Assembly (NCBI GenBank): GCA_905250025.1
Contig: CAJNOJ010000062.1
Coordinates: 365,974 to 429,973 of the forward strand
Direction of reading: 5' to 3'
From: Adineta ricciae
Taxonomy: Eukaryota
DNA length: 64,000 nt
This document shows, in pieces, positions 1-13,600 of this stretch (positions within the stretch are counted from its first letter, which is position 1; every line of letters starts with the position of its first letter). Below the pieces are notes generated by a model. It was not told the DNA's origin. It made no database searches and was given only the letters and a program-made list of their open reading frames with translations. The translations under genes were made by a program, and so were the position numbers.

Positions 1-2605
1 TTGTCATGTGGTTTACTCTGTAAGGCCTTCGTGTGATGATCAATCGATACTAGAGACAGTTCTTCACCTGGTATTCTTCTGTCCGTTGAATCGATTCTCT
101 ATAATGAACAATAGAGTAGATTTCGTGTGATTCAAAACTAGATCGAATACCTGTTGAAGTTGTTCATATTGAGTTTGTAAAGAAGTAAATTGCGATTGAA
201 TAGTGTCTCGTTGTTGAATAGCATCGTCCATCTGTTGAGCAAAAATGAGTTCTTTTTCACGATAATCGTTTTGTAGTTTGACGATAGCATCATGGATACG
301 CTAAATATACAAAAAAAAACACAGTTTCGTTGACTCAAAATCTGCACTGCAATTCCTTTGTCAAATCAAAGCAAAAGACAAACTGATTCTCTAACCTTTT
401 AACAATTAGATTTGTTTGAAAAGTGAATCAAGCCCTGAGGCATTCGCTCAATATGACATTCTCATACAAGCATTGTTGTTTTACGAGTTTTTATCACTTC
501 CACTCAAGCTCAATTCATCAAGTGCCTTTGCACGTACAAAAACACTTCTCGCATCGATCGATGGAAGAGAGAAACATATGGAATCTTCGTCTTACTTTGT
601 ATTTTTGTTCCTTCTGTTCGTTCTGTTCCGTGAGAAGGTGAATGCGTTCTTCATACTCATTGACTTTGTCGGCCCGAGTCGATTTCTAACAAAATCAATA
701 AAAACTTTTAAATAAAATTCATCTGCAAAGACTTACTTTCGGCAATTTTTGTGTTTGTTGAGTCGCTTGTAGGATTTGTTTATAATGATGATTTGTATCA
801 AGTAAGTCTTGTTTATCTTTCTCATACGCTTGTTTCATGCGATGCATTTGCTCCCGTAAATGAATCACTTCATTTTCTAATTCGTTGTTTGTACCAGTTA
901 ATCGATCAATTTGAATTTGAAATTGTGATAGGTCCGAATGCTTCGTCTGACGAGCATCTCTTTCGCGTTGTTTCATCACATTGAATTCTTGTACAAGTGC
1001 TAATTGCTGAAGTCTAGCATGTTCCATCTCTTCCATCCATTGACTCTTTTCAGCGTAAAGATACTGATTTTCTTCATAGATGGTATCAACTTCTTGTAGA
1101 CGTGTTTGTAATGTTTGATTTTCATTTGTTAATTCGTCTAATCTGTCATGTAATTGATCGATTTCATTTTGTAAATCATGAATTGACGGTTGATGTTTAT
1201 AAAGCGAGATTGTTGACGATGCCGGCGGTGGTGATGAAATTTTCGATGACGCAATACAAAGATCTTCAATTGAACTCATGATCGAACTTGTTCCCTTTTC
1301 GATTTGATTTTGTAACTTTTGTAAATCATAATCACGTTGTTGCAATGTCTGTTCTAGACGATGAACATGTTCGTGTAGTTCAACCATCTGATTTGATGAA
1401 TGCTCGATGGAAAGATTTTCCAGTCCTCCTGATCGTGAAGAATGTGTCGAGATTGGCGAGAGTTGTAATTGATTGGACAGTGATGACGGCGGTGTGGGAT
1501 AAACATGTACCTGTGAATGCAGATCGACGAATTTCTTTATTCTATTCTTTTATGTTTTTTAATATACGAAATAAATGGATTTACGCAAGGACGTTGTCTC
1601 GGTTAAATAGAAACCTGTCTACTTCAAGAACGCATTCTTCCCATTTTTATTCAAGACAAATTCGATTGTGTCGACAAACTTACTTGTTTAGAGAATGTAA
1701 CTTGCTGCTGAGTTAATCTTTTGTTCGTTTGTTTCAATTGCTCGCATTCTTCTAATGTTGCACTTAGTTTCGTTCGTAGATAGTTGATTTCGTCGACGTT
1801 GAGTATTTGCTTCAAATGATTATTTTCATTGATCGCTTGGTTTAGCTGTTGTTTTAAATGTAGATTTGCAGTTTCTAAGATTTGAACTTGTTCATAGACA
1901 GGATCGCTTGTTTTGAAATAGTTTAATTCCGCGTAGAGACGTTCGTTTTCTTGTGCAACTTCTTCGATGATTCGTTTTAATTGTTGATAGTCTTTGGAGT
2001 CGGTCGTCGAACGTGGATTCTCCGGTGCGTCGACAAGATTTCGATATAGAATCAATTGTTTGGATAATGACCGATGATCGTTCATCAAACGTTCGTTCTC
2101 GTTTTCAGCTTCATCAAGGCGATGTCTTAAGATTTGATCTTGTTTTTCATAGTATGAACGAAGATATTCAATCTATGTTTCGAAAATCAAATCAAAAACA
2201 TGCAATCAACGAATACCTACCTCATCAATGAGTTGATAACGTTCCGAAAGGAAATATTCTACTTGCTGAACTCTATCCAATTGAATCAGATAGGATAGAT
2301 CAGCATCCCGTAGTATATGAGCGAGATAATCAGTACGTTCATCGCTATGAACAAGTACTATAAGAAAATATGTACCGATAAAAACATTTTTCAACGATGA
2401 TCTTACCAGGAAGGTTCGACTCTGAATATTCATCACTGTTTGTTGTGGAGGAATCTGCTGATTGTTGATGTGCGGCATAACGTTCGTTTTCGTCGACAAC
2501 ATCTTCGGCTTTGTCTCTTGTGCCAGTCGGATTTTGCCCATGTTGTTGCTCCTGTCTTCGCCGATTTGTTGTGTACATCTTCAAATAGTTTTCGACATCA
2601 ATCAA
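1..2605 (-). CDS. Multi-exon coiled-coil protein of uncertain family; the 3' end appears to run past the window start. Exons lie at roughly 2406-2605, 2206-2345, 1651-2088, 719-1387 and 138-300.
   Basis: Minus-strand ORFs 2345..2605, 2206..2541, 1651..2088 and 719..1387 all show heptad-like Q/E/L/K/R-rich coiled-coil sequence (for example ...LETANLHLKQQLNQAINENNHLKQ..., ...LQTRLQEVDTIYEENQYLYAEKSQWMEEMEHARLQ...). A GTAAG donor follows ...NLPGK at about 2405. The coiled-coil reading frame continues through 138-300. I do not recognise the family. Confidence 0.5.
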
Positions 2606-3483
2606 CGCTCGAATCGAAGTGTCACTACGAATGGTCAGTAAGTGTTCTTTTTATATATGTTTGTTCTAATCCAGCAAGTGACCAATTTTAGCATCTTAAC
2701 TTTCTTCTAGGACGTTGCTGTTTTAGTAACTCGCATGCATATGAAGACGTACATTAAGAAAAAAACACATCATCCTCATGCACACTTCTTGCGTTCATCT
2801 GAGTGAAAAGAGAAGAAAGAAATTTGTATGCATATGTGGCAAGATCTAAAAGATGTTGTTCAATTGACGTAATATCAACCGTATACAGACAAAGAACAGA
2901 AAGTAAAAAAGAAATTGTATAAGTAATCGTTCAACGAATATGTAAAAATGCAGAGAAAGTGTGAGAAGTTCTATGTGATTGATGGTACTCTATTTATATA
3001 AGAGAAGCTCTCCTTTTTTCTCTTCTTGCCACATTAGAATTATAATTTTATTCATCTCAACTTACGAGATTGTATTTGTGATTATTGTCCAAGTGTTTTT
3101 ATTACAAACGAATGCAAATTCAACGATTAGATGGAGATATCACTGCGCAGAGTTCGTAGAAAACGAAGTGAATGTGTTACATTCTCAATGTGAGAAGAAT
3201 AGAAAACAAGTATACTTCTTTCTCGAGATGTTTTGTTAGAAAACAAATCAAGAGATATTATTGTAATCAATTGAATGACTAGTGTGTGTATACTGACTGT
3301 ACAGAGATGATAGTATTTATGATTTTGTTTTTATTGCTGAAATCGATCACAAAAAAAAGAAAGTTTGTTCTAAATAAATTCTACATAATTCACCAAATCA
3401 AAAGTCGATTAACACTCGTCACCAAAGCATAAAAATGAAATGTATAATAAGCAATATGGACTGCTAACTGATGAAATCACGAT

Positions 3484-5345
3484 TTATAATCGCACGGCAT
3501 AAATTCCACAGCCAGGTAAAGTTGGAAAGATACTTTGATCAGCTTTACTAGCTCGTTTCGGATCATTACTATTCAGATAGAATTTATCACGAACATTGCG
3601 AATGAATTTGTCCAAATCCTCTTGTCGTACAAGTGAAACAGCACATCCACCCCAGCCAGCACCTGTCAGGCGTGAACCCAGAGCGCCACTTTGTCTAAAT
3701 GGGATCATCATTTTGTTTCTATCATTGATCTGAACTATTCATGTAGAGAAAACATACCGGCAGATGTCTGTTAATTCATCCAGTTCGGTACTACTGCATT
3801 CATATAATCTTGAGCAGCTATTATGACTTTGATTCATTAATTCTCCCAATGTTTCAAGACGGTCATGCGTATTCGAATCGCATACTTGTTTGAAAAGTAG
3901 CACACGGTTTGCTTCGCTGAGAACATGTTTCATACGTTTACATAATTCGAATTTTTGTTCTAAAAACTTGAAGAATTCAACGGAAATGAGCAAATCGAAC
4001 TGTACCTCGATTGATAGTCGCCTTCAAACTAACACTAATCAGCTCGTCGACGGAAACATTTAACAAACCAGCGACTTCATCAAGCGTATAGGGAACTTCA
4101 TGGAGTGAATCGATTGCAAACTTCTCCAATTCAGTGATTGTCCACTCCAGAGCAGTTTGAAGCTCGTAAGGTTTGCGAATCGTACGCCAATCAAGACCTT
4201 TGGCGTGCGTCAAGATCTTGTAAATAGAGAGAAATGAAATCTTATCCGATCGAATCATTCTATAGTTTTACTTGGGTCGCCAATCGACATTCAGAGACGC
4301 GAATGTTAAAGTGATCTGTCGCGGCTTTGTTTACTTCAGTTAACGAATGTGTCACTACAAACGCACAACCAACAGGTAATGTAACATCTTGGGTTTTCAA
4401 TGGATTGAAACTGATCAACATCGCCTATAGTGACAATCATTAATGAGCAGATACAATCACATGACAAAATCAACATACAGAGCCACTATGTGCAAGACAC
4501 GATGCTGCTTGATCCATTCCACCTATGATTTCGAATGAAAATTGCTCAAGAGAGATTTCCGTCGGATCGCTTACCTCCTTGTGTGCCAATATATTTTTCG
4601 CATTCAGCACATAGTTCGGCGAGATCGCTCTGAAAAACAGTTGATAAAGTTCAACAAATGACAAAACAGAAATTTGTACTTTGCTGATAGTAATACCATT
4701 GTTGATTGTTGTTGCTAAAGCAGCACAAACCACTAAAGCCGATGATGATGACAGACCAGCACTGCGTGGAATCGTTCCATCAATTAAAACCTTCATGCCT
4801 TTCAACTTTCGATCAGCGTATTTATCGCGAATACCTTGTACTCCACATTTGAAATACTCGAACCAATCGGATTTCTCATACGAAATAGAGAAATTTCCAA
4901 TATCAAACGATCCCTCTCTATAAAACATCGGTATGACATACAGAAGCGATTTATTGCAATCCTATACTTAAATATGGGATCGGTATTACTAATTTGCACT
5001 TCATTACCATCATTCGCTGCGAAAACAGCAATAATATCCTGATCTACAGCCATTGGTAATACCGAATAGCCACAATAATCAATATGTTCACCTTGAACAA
5101 GAATATCCGATATTCCTCAACAAAAAAAACTTGTCATTCTTCATTACCGATGAGGTTTACTCTTCCCGGTGCGCGACAGAGGAACTGCGGTTGAGTATCC
5201 GGATATTTCGTTCGAAATTTTCCTACTAATTGTTTAAATCTTTCTTCACTAAAGTAAACACTTAATCAGAAATCTTCTCGAAAATTAAACAAGATACATA
5301 CTTCGGATTTTGTGGTATTCCATCAGCAATTGAAACCGAATCCAT
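3484..5345 (-). CDS. GALK2: N-acetylgalactosamine kinase / galactokinase-2 (GHMP kinase family), multi-exon.
   Basis: The C-terminal exon reads ...[16 protein letters not shown]..., the GHMP C-terminal motif. It is preceded by ...[31 protein letters not shown]..., which closely matches human GALK2 ...[29 protein letters not shown]... An ATP-binding P-loop exon reads ...[29 protein letters not shown]..., and ...GGMDQAAS... is also present. The N-terminus [15 protein letters not shown]... lies on the minus strand at about 5345, and ...[33 protein letters not shown]... is present further in. Confidence 0.85.
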
Positions 5346-6106
5346 ATCACTTAACTTTTTTTTACTTTTCTCCTTCTGCGAAACGAGTTCAAATCTAAAA
5401 TGTCCGTCTTATCTTATTTTTTTTATCTCTAGTTCTTTATATATATATATATATACAAGCACGCTCAATAGCGTTTCGTTTTAACCGTAGATCTCTTTCA
5501 CACATACAATAATAAATCATCGTATGAAAGACACACCACAAACATATAGAAAGAAGTTATACACACATATTAAAGGCTTTAATCATCTTCAGAAAAGAAG
5601 AGCAAGAGAAAAAAAAGAATAACAACAAAGAATACAATGACTTTGGATGTCAAAATAGATAGAATATTTGAATGTATATATTTACAGAAAAAGGACGAAT
5701 ACAAAAATTAGTTTGTTTCGCGTTTCTCTTCAATTATTCATTTTGCATAGCAAAGGTAAACTGTTCGATGAAGAGAACAAGAGAGACAGAGAAAGAAAAC
5801 AATAGTAGGAAATTTCTGAAATTGATTTCATTTTTTTTCTACGACTTGTCATCATGATCAGCGTCATCGTTGTTGAAGTTTTTCTATCAGATCGTCAAGA
5901 TAAACATGGATGTTTTTTTCTTCATATTTTTTCCACAGAAACAAAAGACAAAAACAACCACCGGTACACAGAAGAAGAAGAAGAAGAGAAACGTATTGCA
6001 TAAACACAAAGCCATGTTCAATTATATCTCAATGAGATTTCATATGAAAACAAACAAACAATATTTATAAGAAACGTATGTAAATGTGTGTACATTCATC
6101 TATGCT

Positions 6107-8712
6107 AGCGTTCTTTCGTCCGTTTTGTTGTTGAAGATCTTGACATTGAACAAATATCTCGTAAGGTATTTCCATGATCAAGTAAATTAACAAGCACATT
6201 GGAGATTTGAGTCAATTGTTCACAGAAACAACGATGTCGTTGAAGATTCGCCTAGAAAGAATCACTTTCGTTCGAATTTCTGAATGTTTTAAACGTTTAT
6301 ATCTCACTTGAATCAAGTCGTCGATTGTCGTTCGTATTGTTTCATCTTCAGTATCTAATAGTTGGGTTATATCTGATAATTGATTTTGTGTTATTTGCTC
6401 ATCTTGTGTCTAAAGCAAATACATCTCGATTTACGAAGAATAAATCGCGACTTTTCTTACCAAATCAGCTAGATAGGTTGTCAATCGATCAATACGCCAC
6501 GATGCCCATGGTTCAGTTAAGCGTTTCTGTATTGTATCAATACTTTTTACAGGTACAGTTCGTTTTGGATCTAATGCAAAAGAACGAGTAGAAATGAAGC
6601 ACGAATTACCTATGGAATCTTTACTCGTTCGAATGATATCTGAATATTTTTCGTAGTGATTGATTTTTGGTTTCCATGAGAACCGTGATACAAGTGTACT
6701 CATTGATTTTGGCCGAGTTTTTGTTCCAATCCAGCGAATACCGGTTCGTTTATCGACGTAAACAAAATCTACATGAAGTCAACAAGTTAGTTGCAAAATA
6801 CCTCAAATAGACATTCTGTTTTACCTTGAGACAGTCGTCGAAGAAGTTCATCGTCAATTTGATCGATAATGATATCTGCCGATGTTGCTTCTTGCTTCAC
6901 GTTTTCATTCGATACAGAGTCAGGCGTTAGTTTTGCTATGGTTCGTCGTTTTTTTGATAGCATAGCAGCATTGGCTGTTTCTGCTGAATGGCGTTTTTTT
7001 GATATTCCACTTGCATCGAAACTCATCGATGACGTTGGCGTCGTATTTTCGATGGAAAACTTTGATAATGGCCGGCAGCGAGTATTAGAGAGTTTTTTCA
7101 GATTTGATGATGAATCGAACTGTTCACAATGAGGTAGTTTAGACGGAGGCTCACCGGACGATAGTTGGTCACTACAGAAAGAAACTTCAAGAAAAGCATA
7201 TGGTTTTTCTTGAAACTTACTCGTCGATGAGTTTGTGTTTCTTGGGCTGTCGAATGGTAGTCGTGATCGTTGATGACGATGACGCTGGTGAAGAAGTAGA
7301 TGATGATGATGATGGTAGAAGTGATGTGGTAGTTGGTGTTATTTGCTGCGCTGATGGTTGTAGAGGAAGACGTGTTCGATTTTTCGTTGACATTTTGTTG
7401 TGATGAACTAGAAAACGAGAAACTAGAACGATAGAGAGATATGATTGATTCCATACAATTTTTGATAATGTTTGAATCACTAGATTTCTCATCGATTTGC
7501 ATTTCGCGAATAATTGGAGTTGTTATCGTAGCTGTCGTTGATTGATGATTATTATTATGATCCATCGAACGTTGTGTAGTTGAAATAAGTACAGATGGTG
7601 ATGAGGAGGATGTCGAGGTCGAGGATGAGTATAGATGGGTTGCTGGAAGTGTAAATTGAAGTGACTGTTGGGAAGAGTTGATTGATTCAGTATTTGATGA
7701 CGAAGGTAACAATTGCATATGAAAATAAGTTTGATGACCGGAAGAATCAAGATTTTTTGCTAAATACGAATGAGGATGTTGGACTTGAACATTCAATGGT
7801 GCGAGAGGATTTTCTGCTGTTGTCGGAGATGAGAGGCCGAAATGCATACTTATAGGGAAAGTTTCATTTTTTTCACTTTTCACGCTTTGAACATGAGTGA
7901 TGTGTGGATGATGATGATGATGCTCCGAAGAAGATATTGACGTAGGAATCAACTGAACTGGCCGAGAAAGTACTTTAGCTAAAAAAAAACAACAACATCA
8001 GTTTGTGAAAAAATTATTCTTTTGAAAATCATACCTGTCGGTAGAATCGATGATGGTGGAATCGAAACTGTAAAAGCAAATCAATCGATTATTTACTTTC
8101 GAAATCAATTAGTTTGGAAATCTTACAGATCTTCGTTGCTTGTGTTTGCTGATGTGGTTGCCAAAAACTATTAGTCGTATTGGAGGAGTTTGTACTCGGC
8201 TGGATGACTAGTTTTGGCGTGATATTATTTGTTACAGTTGTTGACGATGCTACTGATGATGATGAAGTGGAATTCGTAATCAATGGCTGTACGCGAGTAA
8301 CGCGATTTTTCGAGAGATAAACCGGTTGACTCGAATTGTTCGACGAAGATCTGTCAGATGCTATATCATTTGTTGAAGCAATCGTGACAGTATTCAACGT
8401 CTGAATTTTCGGTGACGTTGTTCCAGGCGGAATTAACGTTACTAACGACGATGTCGGTGTTGAATTCGACGGTATTTGTTGTTTTTTTACTGTTGTTGTA
8501 CTGCTCTGTTGAGGATTTAGTATATATGTCTTCGATGTCGAAAAACCTCCGTTGGTTGTTGATTTATCAGTTAATTGAAATGATAAATTTGTTGGAGAAG
8601 ATGATTTACCAGTTGGTGTTACTAGACGAATCGATGACGGAGTTGTAGTTGATGTTGTCGTAGTCGAATTTGACGACGATGTGTGTCTTACATTATTGGT
8701 TGAATTATCCAA
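6107..8712 (-). CDS. Uncharacterised protein rich in Ser/Thr and His low-complexity sequence, multi-exon; I do not recognise the family.
   Basis: Long minus-strand ORFs 8089..8712 (S/T/N-rich, MDNSTNNVRHTSSSNSTTTTSTTTP...) and 7098..7952 (...SSEHHHHHPHITHV..., poly-S) join to more ordinary exons at 6787..7026 and 6431..6703, with further short exons down to about 6107. The Ser/Thr-rich composition and His runs suggest a disordered, possibly nuclear protein, but nothing in the sequence fixes a function. Confidence 0.4.
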
Positions 8713-9157
8713 ATGTGAATCAGCTAAAAGAATGCAGACAATAAGATTTCACACGATCGATTCCGATGCGAATAAATAAACATACGGAGTGATAATTTTT
8801 TCACGATTGATAATGGACTTGCCACGCCGGGCATTGATATTGTTGGTACGAGTGGTTTAGGATGCTAGAAGAAAAAGAAGAATAGAAGTGAATCTTTAAT
8901 TACAATGAATATACCAGTTTTAAACCAGAATAAATGAGTGTCGTTGCAGTCGTTGTTGATATTGAAGAAGAACAATCAATATCGGTTGATAATTGTTGTT
9001 GTTGTTCGTTTAAAACATCACTCTGCATTGGTAATGATGATCGTCGGTGTGAACATACGCGGACTGTCATACACAAACTAAAAAATCAATCGTTTTACTT
9101 ATTATTATCCGAATAAGAATTGCCCAAAAACGAACGACAAGAAAAAGAAATCGAGAG

Positions 9158-9177
9158 AGAGAGAGAGAGCAGCAACA
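9158..9177. repeat. (GA)n microsatellite. Similar short (GA)n/(CT)n tracts occur at about 13622-13636, 19073-19090, 21737-21752, 24388-24404, 27203-27219 and 62867-62880, and a (TA)9 tract at about 5438-5456.
   Basis: Direct reading gives gagagagagagagagag at 9158, ttgagagagagagagagaaagcgagaaagaaag at 19070, tatatatatatatatata at 5438, and so on. Confidence 0.8.
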
Positions 9178-10639
9178 GCCTACCCCAGGAGTGCAGTGAT
9201 GTCTTTTGGCTACATATGTGTATAGAGAGAGGGAGAAAACGCATGAGTCTGTCGCTTTTTTTCCTTTCTTTCCTCTTCCCTCCTCCTATTCGTTCCTTCG
9301 ATCTATCAAAAGGTTTGGTTCGATGGTCGTTTTTTTCTTTTCTTTAGTTTGTGTTGTTTTCTCTTCGTTCGAGCTCGGCAGCGGTGGTAGCTATCGTCGA
9401 CATATATGCATTCATGACAATCTCGGGCATCGCGCGTGTATGTAAGGCATGCCTGACCTACGTAGAATTGCACGATGATTGGCTGCAAGGAACGATGTAG
9501 GAAGAAAAAGATTTGACAACGCAAAGAAAAGAACATAATATAGTGCATACACGAGCGAGAGCGATTCTTTTCTTTCTGTTTCTTTCGATCGTTTTTCTTC
9601 TGAGGTAATACAAAACAATGAAATCATGTTCTCAATTAAAACATTTGTATTTTTTTTTATCTGAATATAAAACTGAATTGTCTTCTTATTTTGTTTGGCG
9701 AATAGAGTGATAGACCAGCTGGTATTCTTTGAGAATCTTTTTTTGTTTCTAATTTTTGTCTATTCTTCTTCTTTGACAAATAAGTCTGATGTCGATGAGA
9801 AAGAGAGAAAAAGTAAATGCAACCAATGTGTAGTCTTTCTTTTTTTCTTCTTATCGTCGTACGACTACTCTTTTCTGGGCTTTTATTCGCGCAATGCGGT
9901 CGGACGCATGTAGACAGACAGCAACAGGCAACATAAAAAAAATGAAGAAGAAAATGAAATACATGCGTATATACTCTTAGATAGATTCATTCGATAAATA
10001 ACTAAAACCTTTCACCATTTGTCTTCTTTTCTTGTCTACTTAAATCAAGAGATAAAAATCAATGATAAATTTTCAAGATTGTTTGATTATCTAATGACGA
10101 GAAGATTTTCACTGTTATTCTTTTAGGTATTTACATCTACTAATCATGTCAATGATCGAAAGAAAAGAGAAAAACTTTCGTTTCCCAAATTGATGAATAC
10201 AAAAGATGTGAATGACAAATATGAATAACGATCAAATTTTTTCTTTTCATGTTCGTTTTGTATACAATAACGAGAAATCGAACGATGTTATAGCAAATAT
10301 AGAACAATGCGTATGTAAACAGCATCAAAACATGAATTTTTAAACGGAAAGAAAGACGGATACATATGATTGGTTGTTCACCAATGCATTGAATGAAGAC
10401 ACTTATGCATTTTGCTGAGAATTGATCATGAATAAGAAGAATATCCTGTATGAACGAAATATTTCGTGTTTGAACATGATGTATGATGAGAGTACGAATG
10501 TTGTTTGATGTAGAGTCCGCTTGGTAGTTTGCTATTGGTGGATCGAGGCACTGGCTTCGTGTGCGAAAGAAATACGTGCTATGAGAAAATCCGACACGGT
10601 TTTTATTATTCGATTTTCGTGAAATTACAAAGAGAACAT

Positions 10640-13600
10640 GGCTACTCCACTGGATCAACAGTTTAGAGTAGAGAAAAAAGGTGTAACGGAGAAACGTATT
10701 CCTGTTTTGGTAAATTTTACTAAAAAATAAACACTCGTGAATGTGCTGTCATCTCATCGTAGGACGCATCAGGGATGGAGCAACATTGTTTCGTCACATA
10801 CGTTCCATTATCGCCGGATATTCATGATGAAGCAGCTATTGAGCAGTGGATTGAACGAATGACTTTCATCTGTGAAGATTTAACATGGTTATTGCAACAA
10901 AGCCATGCAAAATTCTGGTGTGAAGTGTGTAAAACTCTAGCAAACATGTCTTCTAGAGGATCAACATTCCATTTAGGTCGCATTCAACAAAGACTTTCAT
11001 TCTATGTTCGATTCCTATCTACGCTATGCACTACGGTAAATCTCCAACTTCATATTTTACTTTTAACGAACTTCGTATTGTTAGTCCGCAGCGAACTGTG
11101 ATTAATGAAACCTATTCATTTGTTCCAAATAGTAAACAATTAGAAGAGCAAGTCTCACGGTTGATGTTTATGTGCATTCTGCGCCTTTCAACTCATAAAG
11201 AATCAGCTGTATGTCCAAGAGTTTTCTGTGAATTTATTGTAAACTTATTCAGCAAATCAAATAGGAAAGCTTCTTCACACCACAAGGATTCGGAAAGACC
11301 ATTTATGATAACTATATCTTCGATATTCCACGTATATTTGATATATGTTCGCTGTATGCGATCAACAATAAAGAGTTATTGAGTAAAATGATTGGGAATA
11401 TCTTTAAGCAACAGGATACGTATCACAATGATCTTAAAAACGCCATTAGAGCCATTACAGAGGTAAATTCAATGACAACCTTTGTATTCTCTGTGAAAAT
11501 GCATGATTCTTAGGTTATAACAACTCGAATTCAACAGTTCAATACCCAAACTGGTCCGAAGAAACTCACTGCTACCACAACAAAATCGTCCAGTATAGTC
11601 GATATTATCGACTTTCTCTACTATATTCTTGATTTGAGTTGTACGATCAACCGTTTATTTACTGTCTATCCACCAGCTCGATTGATATTTTTCCATGAAA
11701 ATTTTCATCTAACGTAAGTTTGCCCAAATGATCCGAAAGCCAACTAAAACGCTGTTTGTTTTAGATTAATCGAGTTATTCGAAACATTTCTACGCATCTA
11801 TGAGCGCACTCAACAATCGGATCATCTCGAAAAGAATCAGTAAGATGAAATAACTGAACAAGTGACGAGGTAAACTTCGATACGAATTCTTTAGAGACAT
11901 ATTGGAAGAAGCCAAATATGAAACGATTTTTCTCTTTAATGATCTCCTTGCATCGTGTTGTGTCGACCCATTACTTGTAAATGAGTAAGATGATTTCTTA
12001 CGATTGATTTTTAACTTCAATCTTTCCGTGTAGAAACAAATCGGATAATGTCGAATCGCTAATAAATATTTTTTCATTATTAATCACAAAAAAGCGATTT
12101 CTTGCTGCGTATGAAGACTATTTTAACCTTCGTGAATTGATCGAAATCGTTCATCAAGCCACAGGTCTTTTGTAAGTACTAGAATGCGACAAATTTTGTT
12201 AGAAAGAACATGGAACTCTCTCGTAGAGATGATCAACAAGCGAAATTTTATACTGATGGTGTTAAACAAGCTATCGAACTTTATGGAACTCCATCGTGTA
12301 AACGAAAATTACTCGCTGTGAGTAATGTTTTTCAAATCAAATATTCTATTCGATCTTTTCACTGTCTGTAGCCTACAGCGAACACGTCGTCTATAAGAAA
12401 ATCCAACGATCCAAATGTTCGAATGATTCAGGATATGTTTCCAGATTTAGATGAAAAATACATTCAGGCAAGTTTCATAGAGAGAGACAGGAAAGAGAAG
12501 AAATCATCTAGAGGATGCTATTTCAAAAGTTTTAAGCCCATCTTATCATTGAAATCTAATGTTTTCAATGTTGTTTCGAATGTTTCGAGTGAAACTTTGG
12601 AATTCAATTGATCATCCGTAAATTCCGCGATGACTTTCTCTGCTATAATAGATGCTTCTTCGTCACTAATTTTACCGACCTAAACACAAAGATCGAAATA
12701 GATGAGAGGAGTGTACATATTGATTTACCATCATTTTCAGTGTTTCTTGTACGTCTTCCTTTGACAAACGTCCATCTCGATCAATATCGTACATCTAAAA
12801 CAACAATACGACGATGCATAAGAAAGTCAAATAGACAACTTTTCATCTTACACGAAACATGAACTTCACTTTACGCGTTTTTGGCGTATCATCAGGAGAG
12901 TACTTCACATTCTCTAAAGGAGATTTCGTTACAAATTGGGATGCGCTATTCGATGTAGTTGCTGGTATGGATGATTGGCGTTTTGAATGGGAATGATGGT
13001 GGTGGTGATGATGTCGATGTTCGTGGCCGCCTCGTTCACATTGACCGAATGTACTCATAAAGTAAACAAACTGTGGAAACGTTAATCTGGCGTCCGAACC
13101 GAAATCATCCAGAATGACTTTGATTAGACGAGGTGCCATGGGATTTTCATCGAATTTGGGCACACGATTGAGATCAACAGCATCTAGATAACCTTTATAA
13201 CCTTTCGTATCACCACGGCCGTCACGATCAAGTTCATAGAAACGTGTCCACAGTGAAGAAATTTGTTTTTTCGAAAGGCCTAATTTAGTTATGAACCAAT
13301 TTTCTACATGAAAAGTTTCCACTCCTTACCTGTGTTATTAGTAATCTCTTCAACGTCAATTGAGTCCGGTATTGACGGTGTAGCACCCATACTTGAATTT
13401 CTTTACGTTTCCCCGACTTGTCTAAGAATCGATGCTTTTTATTGTTTCGAACGTAGGACGTGTTCTAAATGTTAAACATACGTTTCAAATAGAGAGAATA
13501 GAATATATTGTGTGCGTGTGTGTGTTTTTTTTGTTCGCGAATACATAACGCGTACGTGTAGTCATGCATTAAAATTATTATCATCGCTACTCACTGAAGT

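Noticed and set aside
5400-6100. An AT/A-rich region with (TA)9 and poly-A/K ORFs (5672..5857, 5870..6070) between GALK2 and the S/T-rich gene.
   Set aside because: The ORFs are lysine- and phenylalanine-rich translations of A/T homopolymer runs. They are most likely 5' and 3' UTR or intergenic sequence.
7200-7403. A plus-strand ORF with a poly-Asp/Val run (…VVVIVDDDDAGEEVDDDDDG…).
   Set aside because: It is the reverse-complement reading of the His/Ser-rich minus-strand coding exon (7098..7952) and is a mirror artefact of that low-complexity sequence.
10149-10658. A 169-aa minus-strand ORF in the ASCC2 upstream region.
   Set aside because: Its composition is AT-driven (I/F/L/N/K-rich with a run of Cys/His) with no recognisable domain. 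It overlaps the probable ASCC2 5' region and first exon (ATG about 10640). It is most likely a chance ORF in AT-rich DNA.
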